From the NCBI RefSeq assembly GCF_001194135.2, contig NC_069001.1:1814374-1878373 (forward strand): DNA of 64,000 nucleotides, read 5' to 3'. Each line of letters opens with the position of its first letter. The stretch's first letter is position 1. This stretch comes from Octopus bimaculoides. Its lineage: Eukaryota. The notes under the pieces are model-generated. The model searched no databases. It saw nothing but the letters and a program-made list of their open reading frames with translations, and was not told where the DNA came from. The position numbers and the translations under genes are program-made. Shown here piece after piece: positions 1 through 9,811 of this stretch.

Positions 1-49
1 TATATATATATATATATGAATATGCACGTATATATGTCAAGGTCATCAC

Positions 50-283
50 TGGTGACGAAAGCTGGTGCTAAGGAATTTGTAGATCTTGAAGAAGTGAATA
101 GAAAAAAAATGGAGGCATTCAAAGGCATCAATTTGCAAGAGTTCCAGGACAGCTTTGAACAGCAGACAATGCAGGGCTTCGAATGGAGAGAATATTTTGA
201 AGGTGATAAAAGTGTAAACATGTAAAACTAAGTGAGAAAAAGAATATTGCAAAATTCTGGTTTCTTTTGGGTACTCCCTTGTA
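50..283 (+). mobile_element. Tc1/mariner relic: transposase C-terminus and probable 3' terminal repeat
   Basis: Translation EFVDLEEVNRKKMEAFKGINLQEFQDSFEQ...EYFEGD resembles the mariner C-terminal motif ending (G)EYFEGD; followed by ...TTTTGGGTACTCCCTTGTA, resembling a mariner end. Confidence 0.75.
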
Positions 284-360
284 CATACATACATACATAC
301 ATACATACATACATACATACATACATACGTACGTATGTACATACGTATGTACATACATCA

Positions 361-520
361 TCGTCATCATCATCGTTTAACGTCCGCTTTCCATGCTAGC
401 ATGGGTTGGACGATTTGACTGAGGACTGGTGAAACCGGATGGCAACACCAGGCTCCAATCTGATTTGGCAGAGTTTCTACAGCTGGATGCCCTTCCTAAC
501 GCCAACCACTCTGAGAGTAC
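361..520 (-). mobile_element. SINE family B copy with (ATG)n tail; related copies near 2100-2330, 3505-3600, 13060-13370, 15850-16030, 19780-19960, 47800-48040, 49880-50040, 63410-63610
   Basis: Recurring block tttaacgtccgctttccatgctagcatgggttggacg...ggatgcccttcctaacgccaaccac next to (CAT)n runs; boundaries approximate. Confidence 0.7.
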
Positions 521-583
521 ATACATACATATTTTTATGCATACATATGAAGAAGGATGAAAGATGCTGAAACTAGTGCTTAC

Positions 584-719
584 ATTGTAGAATTCTTCAC
601 CTTGACGATGGAATTCTTCAGAATCATATTCTGCAATAAACATTTTAATGACACGGTTTCTGTTGAACTTGATTATGTTCTTTGTCAAAAATGCAGGACT
701 GATTTGCTGGGCAGACTCT
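584..719 (-). CDS. AFMID: Kynurenine formamidase exon 9 (gene continues off the left edge)
   Basis: tacag|A GAG TCT...TAC AAT|gtaag; ESAQQISPAFLTKNIIKFNRNRVIKMFIAEYDSEEFHRQGEEFYN matches AFMID DSPEFHRQS with the catalytic Asp; 136 nt, phase 2 to 0. Confidence 0.9.
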
Positions 720-1354
720 CTGTACAAATAAACGAATAAACAAAAAAAATAATGAACTTAAAAAAAAAATAATAATTAGAAATGTTGATTGAGTAGACAC
801 TCAGCGGGGTTCACAGAGGAAGGTTGTAGGGGTGCTGTAGCATGGCCACAGTTCATTAGCTGAAACTAGATCGAATCAAATGAATCCTTTTTGAGTTTGG
901 ACATTAAAAATCTGCTAAAAACTTGATGTATGCAACTGAAACAAAACTAAATTGTAATACCATTTATGTATCATATTTGATGTTTACACACCATTGAAAG
1001 ATTTGATACTGTAGTTTTTGTCTGAGAGAAAATCATTTCATAAGCATATTGTGTCTATGAATATTTTGGTGTGCCAGTGTCTTTAGACAGCACAGCTCCT
1101 TGTCCACATGCTTTTACCTTGGACTATAGTGTGCCACAACCTTGTCTTACTGGAGTGTGGCACATCCCCTACAGTGTGCCACAAACCTATCCTACTACAG
1201 TGTGACAATAGACCCAGGGTGATACACGTTCACCTTACACTAGTGTGCCAGTAGACAAAATGTAGCGTCACACTTCCGCCCCACCCACCCCCGCCTCACC
1301 CATTCCCACCCCAGTAATAGATACAAAACTTTAAATAACAGCTTTCGTACTTAC

Positions 1355-1433
1355 TCAGTCATTTTAAGAGGTTTGTTGACGCTTGTTTGCACAAGAGGTC
1401 GAAGGTCATAGACACCGCTCACTGGGAAGACAC
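1355..1433 (-). CDS. AFMID: AFMID exon 8
   Basis: ttcag|GT...ACT GA|gtaag; (G)VFPVSGVYDLRPLVQTSVNKPLKMT(E), matching SGVFDLEP; 79 nt. Confidence 0.92.
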
Positions 1434-1789
1434 CTGAAATATTGGATCATAGTCGTTGTCATCTTCACCATCATCATCACCACTACCATCATCATCATCA
1501 TCACTAGCATTTTCTAAGTTTCTCAAATTAATGGCTATAGGAGTAGCACTACAGCTCTAGCCTACCATTCCTGTAAAAGCCTGTATCTAGTGTTTAAGAT
1601 TTTGTTTCAAGTATGTCAGGTATGTAAATAGTAACAAGCTCTCCTACTTTAGCTCTCCCATCATAAGTACCCACCATGCTGACATTAAATGTGTCGTAAA
1701 TACTTTTCACATAAACAGATTGTCAGTGTTGAAGCCATTGTCATCATCACTGTTTTAACACTTACTTTTCCATTCCATTGTATACTCAA

Positions 1790-1935
1790 GCACAGTGGTT
1801 AAGAAGCTTGCTTCACAAACGTGTTTTGGTGTTCAATTCCACCACGTGGCACCTTGAGCAAGTGTTGTCTGTTATTGCCCTGGGCCAACTAAAGCATTGT
1901 GAATGGAGTTCGTAGACAAAAACTGATTGAAGCCC
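1790..1935 (+). mobile_element. tRNA-headed SINE family A; other copies near 8660-9060(-), 9415-9610, 19560-19690, 22150-22300, 27170-27525(-), 30575-30700, 39970-40110, 41340-41765(-), 46690-46985, 55400-55560, 58645-59050, 61880-62090(-)
   Basis: A-box-like TGGTTAAG and B-box-like GGTTCAGTCC head followed by conserved cgtggcaccttgggcaagtgtcttct body, repeated many times in both orientations; boundaries approximate. Confidence 0.8.
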
Positions 1936-2388
1936 ATCATACATGTATGGTTTTGCATATGTGTGTATGTGTGATGTGGTGTGGTGTGTGTGTGTGTGTT
2001 TGTGAGTATGTGTGTGTCTATGCTTGTGCATGTGTGTGTGTGTTTATATGCGTGTATATGTATATATGCGTGCTCTTTTGTCCTGACATTGTCTTGGCAT
2101 TGCATAATGGCAGCAAACAAGCTTGGCTCATTTCCAATCTTGCATGGAAAACATGTGTGGCCAGGGGAAAATCTGAGCAAACTTGAAAACAAGTAAGAGT
2201 TGGCAATTGAAAGGGCATCTGGCAGTAAAAAAATCTGCCTCAAAGAATTCCATCTAACCTGTGCAAGTTTTGGAAGGTGGACATTAGAATGGTGACAACA
2301 ATGATGATGATGATGATGATGACAACAATGACTCCTTTTATGAACTGTCATAAAAGTAAGGGGACAAAATAAAAATCCCTTCTCTTAC

Positions 2389-2489
2389 CCTTGAATAAAG
2401 AAGAATCAACACCTTCTGCTTGCCAGTCGACAGTGAGCATCATGGCTGCCAAGTGACCTCCTGCAGAATGTCCACACACATACACACCT
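2389..2489 (-). CDS. AFMID: AFMID exon 7 (nucleophile elbow)
   Basis: ttcag|A GGT...AAG G|gtaag; GVYVCGHSAGGHLAAMMLTVDWQAEGVDSSLFK with GHSAG catalytic Ser; 101 nt. Confidence 0.95.
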
Positions 2490-2847
2490 CTGAAATTACG
2501 GATATTAACAATTCTATTAATTCATGAAAGATTTAAATAACTGGATGCGTACACTCACAACCTGAACCAGTTGAGTGGTACAATGTCTAGATGTTATGGC
2601 ACACAAAATAAAAAAAAATAAAAGATATTCATATGTCCACTGATGTAATGATTCTTGCGATCCATGAGCAGGGAAGAATGTGTGTGTGTGGTGGGGGGTG
2701 TCACTGTGTGTGTGTGTGTGTGTGGTTGCATATATTTAGAGATAGATAGATAGATACATACATGCATAGACAAATAGATTGATACATATGTAAGTATGTG
2801 TGAAATATGTCCAACGTTAAATGCTGGATTCACCAGAATGAACCCAC

Positions 2848-2926
2848 CTTGATCCACGATCCTTGGCCAATTTCAAGACATAAGCGACGCTCTTCTTCAC
2901 CTCTTCAACAATTTGCTCCATGGTTC
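2848..2926 (-). CDS. AFMID: AFMID exon 6
   Basis: ttaag|GA ACC...TCA AG|gtggg; (G)TMEQIVEEVKKSVAYVLKLAKDRGS(R); 79 nt, phases fit both neighbours. Confidence 0.9.
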
Positions 2927-3189
2927 CTTAATAAACATTTCAAATATTAAATTATCCATTAGACATAACAGCAATTTCGCGAGTGATACATGTTTTACAC
3001 ACACACACACACACGTTCCTGCTCCCTCCCCTACTCACATCATTTCTAAATGCAGTGAACCAGTGGTTCGTCCATGGAACCCTTTATGAAACAATGTTTT
3101 TATTTTAAAAAAAACAAAATTCCTGACCTTCCTCACCCCCGTCCTCATCAAAGAAAAAAAAAAAAGAAATTAAAAGTCTGATTACTTAC

Positions 3190-3275
3190 CATGAGGTGCA
3201 ATGCTGTAACCGATTGGACATACGATTCCACCCATTTTCACGATAGGCTTAACCATATATGATGATAATTCACGT
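3190..3275 (-). CDS. AFMID: AFMID exon 5
   Basis: tccag|A CGT...CAT G|gtaag; RELSSYMVKPIVKMGGIVCPIGYSIAPH; 86 nt. Confidence 0.9.
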
Positions 3276-3400
3276 CTGGAATAATTAGATAACTCTAATT
3301 AATTACTTTATTTATTTTATTAAAATTCAATTGGTTTATCTCTCTTTCTCTCTTTCTCTCTCTCTCTCTATATATATATATGTGTGTATCTACCTATCTG

Positions 3401-3446
<46 letters not shown>

Positions 3447-3777
3447 TACATACGTACATACATACATACATACATACACACACATATATATATATATATA
3501 TATAATTAGATTGGAGCCTGGTGTAGCCATCTGGTTGCACCAGTCCTCAGTCAAATCGTCCATGGAAAGCGGACGTTAATCGATTATGAGGATGATGATG
3601 ATATATATATATATAAAGAAATTTAGATTCAAGGTGAATATGGTACTTAAGTTTAGGCACCAGAATTAAGTACGGTATTATCCATACAGTTTAAAATGAG
3701 GTGATTAAAGTCAAAATAAGCAACAAAGATATCCAAAGTTAATGCAGAAAGATAAACATAAATAAAACATTACTCAC

Positions 3778-3826
3778 CCTAAAAGTTGCCAGTAACCGCC
3801 ATGGATATAGACTAAGATAGGGGCCA
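3778..3826 (-). CDS. AFMID: AFMID exon 4 (oxyanion motif)
   Basis: tgcag|TG GCC...TTA GG|gtgag; APILVYIHGGYWQLL with HGGYW; 49 nt. Confidence 0.93.
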
Positions 3827-4059
3827 CTGCAAAGAAAAGGGTAAAATAAATTATGTTTTTAGGGTGTTTATTAGGAAAAAGAGAGACTAAGACAAGTTTT
3901 TGATGTGTGTGTGAGAGTGAGAGAGAGAGAAAGAAAGAGAAAGAGAGAGAGAGAGAGAGAGAAGGAGAGAGAGAGAGTGAGAAATTGTGTTCTTAGACAG
4001 AATCTCACATTTTTTTTTTTTTTACCATTCTAGAATAAGATGAGAAAAGGTTGTCATAC

Positions 4060-4164
4060 CCTTGGCGGCAGTCTTCTGGCCGAATATGTCCAGCTTGTGT
4101 CTCTCGGCATCACCAATCTTTATTCCCAACTCGCAATCAATACAAGATTTTGCCTCAGCACTTT
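4060..4164 (-). CDS. AFMID: AFMID exon 3 (first exon shared by both 5' cassettes)
   Basis: ttctag|AA AGT...AAG G|gtatg; SAEAKSCIDCELGIKIGDAERHKLDIFGQKTAAK; 105 nt, phase 1 to 1. Confidence 0.88.
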
Positions 4165-4873
4165 CTAGAAAAACAGAAAATGTCCAAAATGATCATCATC
4201 ATCATCATCATCATCATCAATACCATTGCCATTGTTATCATTGTTGTCATCGTCATCATCATTCTCATCATCGTCGTCGTCGTCGTCGTCATCATCAATG
4301 ACAATAATAATATAGCAAGGCTTAGATTCGAAACCGTGTTGGTTTTGTAACTAGGTTGATGTTACATCAGATCAGATGATTTGCTCATCTCATTAGCAAT
4401 GTCGTCCAGTGTTATCAGAAGTTTCTATGTTCCCATGTAAATGGTGGCTATAAGGACAGCAGTGTGACCAAAGACACGAGAGAGGAGGGAGAGGCAGACA
4501 CAGAGAGCATGTCCTGAAGAAGATGGGTTCCTTGGTTTGCTATTTGACCTTTGGTTAAAGGAATCACAGACTATGAAGGACAAGGTAGTTTCCTGCCCCT
4601 CTCATGAAGCCGTTCTTATCTAACATGAACTCATCTATGAATTCCATTTACAATTGGCAGACTGCAATACGACCCTGGGAAGCATCTGGATGATTATCTC
4701 AATTCTGTGACGTGCTTCTCGAACAGCATTAGGAGTTGGTTCTAAGATAAGATGGTGTCTTAGAAATGGTGACAAGGACGACAACAATAACAACTATGGC
4801 CGCAGCAACAAGAATGACATCCCCACTGATACCACCAACAAGAATGACAACAACAATATTCTGTGGATCTTAC

Positions 4874-4964
4874 GTTCTTTAATGAATTCTACATGTGAGG
4901 TCAACACCTCGGATGCTGTCATTCGGTGGTTCCATTGACTGGGAGAATATTGTCTTTCAAGTTC
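4874..4964 (-). CDS. AFMID: AFMID exon 2A
   Basis: ttcag|GAA...GAA C|gtaag; ELERQYSPSQWNHRMTASEVLTSHVEFIKE, matching ELENQYCPSRW; 91 nt. Confidence 0.92.
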
Positions 4965-5014
4965 CTGAATGCAAGAAAAGAGATTATTGAAATAATGAAA
5001 GAGAGGGAGAGAAA

Positions 5015-5067
<53 letters not shown>

Positions 5068-5373
5068 GGAGAGAGTTTACATCTGTATCCATGTTTCCGT
5101 ACATCATTTTTGACCTAAAATAGTCCTGTTCCTGTCACGGACATTACCTTCAACTTAATTAATACAACTATTTAGATTTCTATACATGGGTACAACATTG
5201 TCATCATCATCATCACCATCATCATTTTCACTTCCCTTTTTTCCATGTTTGCATGGATTGGATGGAATTTATTAAGACAGAGTTTCTACAGTGAGATGAT
5301 TTTTCTACAACCAGACACCCTTCTTGTTGTCAACCTTCACCAAGTTAGGTAATCTTTTCTCATGGTCAGACAC

Positions 5374-5441
<68 letters not shown>

Positions 5442-5795
5442 GTATACATGTATATATATGTATACATATATAAACAGGAGTTACACCACAGTCATTTTGT
5501 GATCTTTGCTACCCTCGAATCTATTAACCAATTTATTTTGTCCGAGTTATTTGTTAATTAGGAGAAAATAAATACATATAATAAAAAATATATATATATA
5601 TATATGTGTGTATGTAGATAGATAGATAGATAGGAAACAGTCATTTTTGCTTGTAAGAAATCAATGTAATTTTTTTTAACTTTAAAAAGTACCATCATAT
5701 CTTTTTTTAAAACAACATCAAATCAATGTCTGTTTGTAATGGGGCAAAAAACAAAAAAAGAAACCCAGAGTATTTTACAAAGTGCTTCCTCTTAC

Positions 5796-5831
5796 TTTCA
5801 AATCAAAACTCCTCCATTTTTCTGATTCCAT
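5796..5831 (-). CDS. AFMID: AFMID exon 1A (coding part)
   Basis: ATG GAA TCA GAA AAA TGG AGG AGT TTT GAT TTG AAA|gtaag = MESEKWRSFDLK; phase 0 joins exon 2A. Confidence 0.8.
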
Positions 5832-5880
5832 TGTTTGTATTCTGACAGTGAGAGTCACTGTGAATATAAATAATGTTGGG

Positions 5881-5945
5881 GGACGGCAGTTTGATAAAAC
5901 ACCAAACACCTTAGCTGTCCCTGTCTTATCAGAGATTGGCTGATG
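5881..5945 (-). promoter_or_regulatory. Putative AFMID promoter A: CCAAT box plus two GATA sites
   Basis: Minus strand cagCCAATctctGATAAGac and plus strand ttGATAAa, 50-110 nt upstream of the exon 1A ATG; block recurs near 9880-9910 and 11240-11300. Confidence 0.5.
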
Positions 5946-6173
5946 GACAGCAGCCACCTACACACCATGTCTGCTACCAGGCATGCATATATACACACAT
6001 ATACATACATATATATACACTAATTATGCTTTGTGTCATATGTGAATAGCCTTATTTGTACACACTAATATCCCTTCATTCACATATATATATACATACA
6101 CACACATACTATATATGTCCTGTCTTTCTCTCTCCTCTCTTTCCCTCTCACTTCTCTCTTTCTCCTCTCTATC

Positions 6174-6213
<40 letters not shown>

Positions 6214-6884
6214 TACACTGGTTTATATGCTTTTCACATATATACATACTATACACACATTAACTGTTTTATGTCACACACACACACACATTACACATCT
6301 CCTCACACATTAAGGTTTTAGTTATCTTATAAAAGGATTAACAAGAAGAAGAAGAAGAAGTACATGAATAAAAGATCCCATTATCACATGTTTTAGTTTT
6401 AAGTATCCTCCACTTATTCCTAACACATTCCCCATAATATGTTATTAACATTTTTTAAATTTATTTATTGTGAGGTCTTCTGTTGTTTTTTGCTTGTGTT
6501 TTTCGTTTTTGCTTTTAAATTTATTCTTCATTTTATTGTTGTTTTATTGTCTGCTTGCCATAAAGTTTCACCCTTTCAGATAACCAGCCGGCTTGGCCAC
6601 CTTAAGTACTGTTTAATTGTCTGTGTATGTGTGTATGTTTGTGTTGCTACATGCACATGTAACTGCATACATTTATACATACATACATACATACATACAT
6701 ACATACATACACACACATGATATCTAGGACTATAAAAATCTACAAAACTGTCTCAAGATTTGAAGGATGACAGTTAAATCCTGATACTTTCCTCCACAAC
6801 CTCGTTAGGAAATCGTTGGGCAGTCAAAATTGACCATAAATCAAAAAGGGAAAGAAAAGGCATGCATACCTACATACATGCCCA

Positions 6885-7050
6885 GCGGATGTTAGCATAA
6901 AGAGAATACCTTCGCTGAACTATTGAGAAATCTGCAGTTACTCTCTCCAGATTGCAAGTTCAGGTTTATACCTGTAATTATTGGGGTCCTGGGATGTGTA
7001 ACACACTGCCTGAATACCAATCTTGAGAAATGAGGCTTCTCAAAACCATG
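6885..7050 (+). mobile_element. Non-LTR retrotransposon fragment, restriction-enzyme-like endonuclease region
   Basis: KENTFAELLRNLQLLSPDCKFRFIPVIIGVLGCVTHCLNTNLEK* resembles the KxxKY...PxxIGxxG REL tail; in-frame stop. Confidence 0.5.
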
Positions 7051-7052
7051 AC

Positions 7053-7085
<33 letters not shown>

Positions 7086-7713
7086 ATAATAATAAAAAAA
7101 AAATAACATCAGCTTCAATAACAAAAACAATAATAATAATGGTTTCTAATTTAGGCACAAGGCCAGTAATTTTGTGGGGTTAGAGCTAATCAATTAAATC
7201 AACTAACGAAGTACTTGACTGGTACTTTATTTCATTAACTCTGGAGGAATGAAAGGCAAAGTTGACCTTGGTAGGAGTTGAACTCAGAAAGGAAAGAGAT
7301 GGAACAAAAACCACAAGGCATTTGTTCCAAAGCTCTAAATAAATAAATAAATATATAAATAAAATCATTAATAAAAACAATGAACAACCATAACAAGGAA
7401 TCTATAGAAAAATTGGTAGGAATTTATTGCCAGCAAAAACTACAAAAGACACACAAGGTTTCTAAGCGAAGCTATTAACAACATCAATTAATCTAAGAAC
7501 AAAGGCCAAGCTACGATAACAATGATGGCAAACAGCATCTCTACATATCAACAACAAAAGTTCAGTTACCAAACAATTAAATCACTGAAGTTAATTACTC
7601 AGAGATGCTGTCATTATTATTTTTGGTTTCTGTGTGTCATCATTGTCATCTTCATCACTGTCATCATTATTATCAGCATCATCATCGTTGTCATCCTCCT
7701 CTGCATTCCATTT

Positions 7714-7885
7714 TAACAAAGGATTTATGCATGTGGAGAGGGTCAGCAAATTTGTCCCTAAGGTGCTGGTGGAGCAGCAGACACAACTCCACATGGAAAT
7801 CATTGAGGACATGCTGGACTGTGCAAACCATGGCCCAGACTTCATAAAGACCATCATCACTAGTGACGAGACCTGGCTTTATGGT
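7714..7885 (+). mobile_element. Mariner transposase fragment (first catalytic Asp region)
   Basis: RVSKFVPKVLVEQQTQLHMEIIEDMLDCANHGPDFIKTIITSDETWLYG matches mariner WVP...IITGDETW. Confidence 0.85.
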
Positions 7886-7972
7886 CTCTGCTCGATGCGT
7901 TTGGTCATCTGGTGTGAAAATGAAAATTGAACAAACACAATAACAACAACAACAATATTGTACGTGTCTTAC

Positions 7973-8063
7973 TTTCTTTCAGAAATGCCATGTAAGTGGC
8001 CATCACATCAATTGTTGTCTTTCGGTGGCTCCATTCGAGCGAAGAATATTGTCTTTCAAGTTC
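7973..8063 (-). CDS. AFMID: AFMID exon 2B (duplicated alternative exon)
   Basis: tccag|GAA...GAA A|gtaag; ELERQYSSLEWSHRKTTIDVMATYMAFLKE; same length (91 nt) and phases as exon 2A, no stop. Confidence 0.8.
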
Positions 8064-8094
8064 CTGGATATAAGAAAAGATATTATTGAAACAA

Positions 8095-8380
8095 TGAGAG
8101 AGAGGGGGGGGAGTAAGTGAGAGAGACATAGAGAGAGTGAGTAAGAGAGAGAGAGGGGAGTAAGTGAGAGAGAGAATAAGAGAAAGAGTGAGTAAGAGAA
8201 AGAGTGGGGAGTAAGTGAGTGAGACAGAGAGAGAAAGAGAGTAAGAGAGAGTGGGGAGTAAGTGAGACAGAGAGAGAGTGAGTAAGAGAGACAGAAAGAA
8301 AGAGAGTAAGAGAGCGAGTGGAGAGTAAGTGAGAGAGAGAGAGGGAATAAAGGAGAGTGAGAGAGAGAGAGAGAGAGACT
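8095..8380. repeat. Purine-rich minisatellite (GAGAGAGTGGGGAGTAAGT-like units)
   Basis: Repeated AGTAAG/GAGAGA units; the homologous position in cassette A has a shorter (GA)n tract at about 5000-5070. Confidence 0.85.
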
Positions 8381-9763
8381 GTTTCCATTTGTATCCATGT
8401 TTCCATGAATTATTTTTTTGACCTTAAATATCCATGTTCCTGCCAGAGACCTCACCTTTAACTTAACTAAATGCAACTCTTTAGACTGCTAAACATCCAA
8501 ACACACGCACACACTCAAATACACATTCACACATACATACACACACACACACACACTCAAACACATTCACACAAACACACACACACCCACAAACACACAC
8601 ACTCAAGCACACACACACCATGTTAGCAGTACTATTAAATCACTTTTTAAGGTTATTTCTTTATTCTTTTACATGTTTCAGTTATTTGACTGTGGCCATG
8701 CTGGAGCACTGCTTTAATGGGTTTTATTCAAAGAAATCAACCCCAGGACTTATTTTTTAAGCCTAATACTTACTCTATCAGTCTCTTTTGCTGAACTATT
8801 AAGTTACAGAGATGTAAACACACCAACACCGGTTGTCAAGCAGTGATGGGGAACAAACACAGACACAAAGACTCACACACATAGATATATATACGTATAT
8901 ACACAAGCTTCTTTCAGTTTCCATCAACCAAATCCATTCACAAGGCTTTGGTCAGGCTGAGGGTGTAGAGAGAAGACACTTGCCCAAGGTGCAGCACAGC
9001 GGGTCTGAACCCAGAACCATGTGGTTGAAAAGCAAGCTTCTTATCTCACAGCTACACCTGCGGCTATCTCTACAAATTTTCTATAGAAATTAGAGTCAAC
9101 AGTGACTTGTTACAATGTTTTATATCTGAATGTGTCTCATGTAAATAATGTGATTGAAGATGGAAAGATAGGTAATGGGTGTATATGCATATTTCAGGAA
9201 TTCTTGCTCCATCATCAGTGCCAGAATCCAACTGCACATTCACCCATTACCGAATTTTCTATCTTCTCTTTTTTTTGTCTTTGCTTATATTTAATTTTGT
9301 TTGTGGCAACAGGAAAACTAATGTTTTTGTAACAGTAAGAAAGCAGTATCTTTTTTAAAATATCATAATAAGATTTTAGTTTTGAAACAGCAAAAAAATA
9401 TAAAAGCAAGACAGTATGCTTCCCAACCACATGGTTCCAGGTTCAGTCCCACTGCATGGCACCTTAAGCAAGTGTCTTCTTAGCAGTTCAGCAAAAGAAG
9501 CTGATAGAATAAGTACCAGGCTTAAAAAAAAAAAAGATAGATAGATACTGGAGTTGATTCCTTCTGTTAAAAATTCTTCAAGGCAGTGCACCAGTATGGC
9601 CACAGCCTAACAAATGGAACAAGTAAAAGATAAACAATAAAAACTATTATATCCTCTCTTTCTCATTTTATTTTAAATGCTCACAAGTCAATGCCTATTT
9701 GTAATAGGGGCCAAAGAAAATCCCTTCCAAAACCACTGCATTTTACAGCCTTCCTCTTCTTAC

Positions 9764-9811
9764 CTTTAAGTCAAAAAGTTTCCATTTTTCTGATTCTGCT
9801 GCCATTTTCAT
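9764..9811 (-). CDS. AFMID: AFMID exon 1B (coding part)
   Basis: ATG AAA ATG GCA GCA GAA TCA GAA AAA TGG AAA CTT TTT GAC TTA AAG|gtaag = MKMAAESEKWKLFDLK; phase 0. Confidence 0.78.

Noticed and set aside
16-225. 69-aa ORF as a host gene
   Set aside because: It is a frameshifted mariner C-terminus preceded by a TA repeat.
419-434. CTGAGGA...GAAA inside SINE family B as a hammerhead
   Set aside because: Only 5 nt lie between the boxes with no stem II pairing.
1790-1860. tRNA genes
   Set aside because: The A/B-box heads belong to SINEs; no cloverleaf could be folded and each runs into SINE body sequence.
4441-4745. GC-richer coding-like patch in AFMID intron 2
   Set aside because: All frames contain stops and no recognisable family; probably a decayed transposon, left unassigned.
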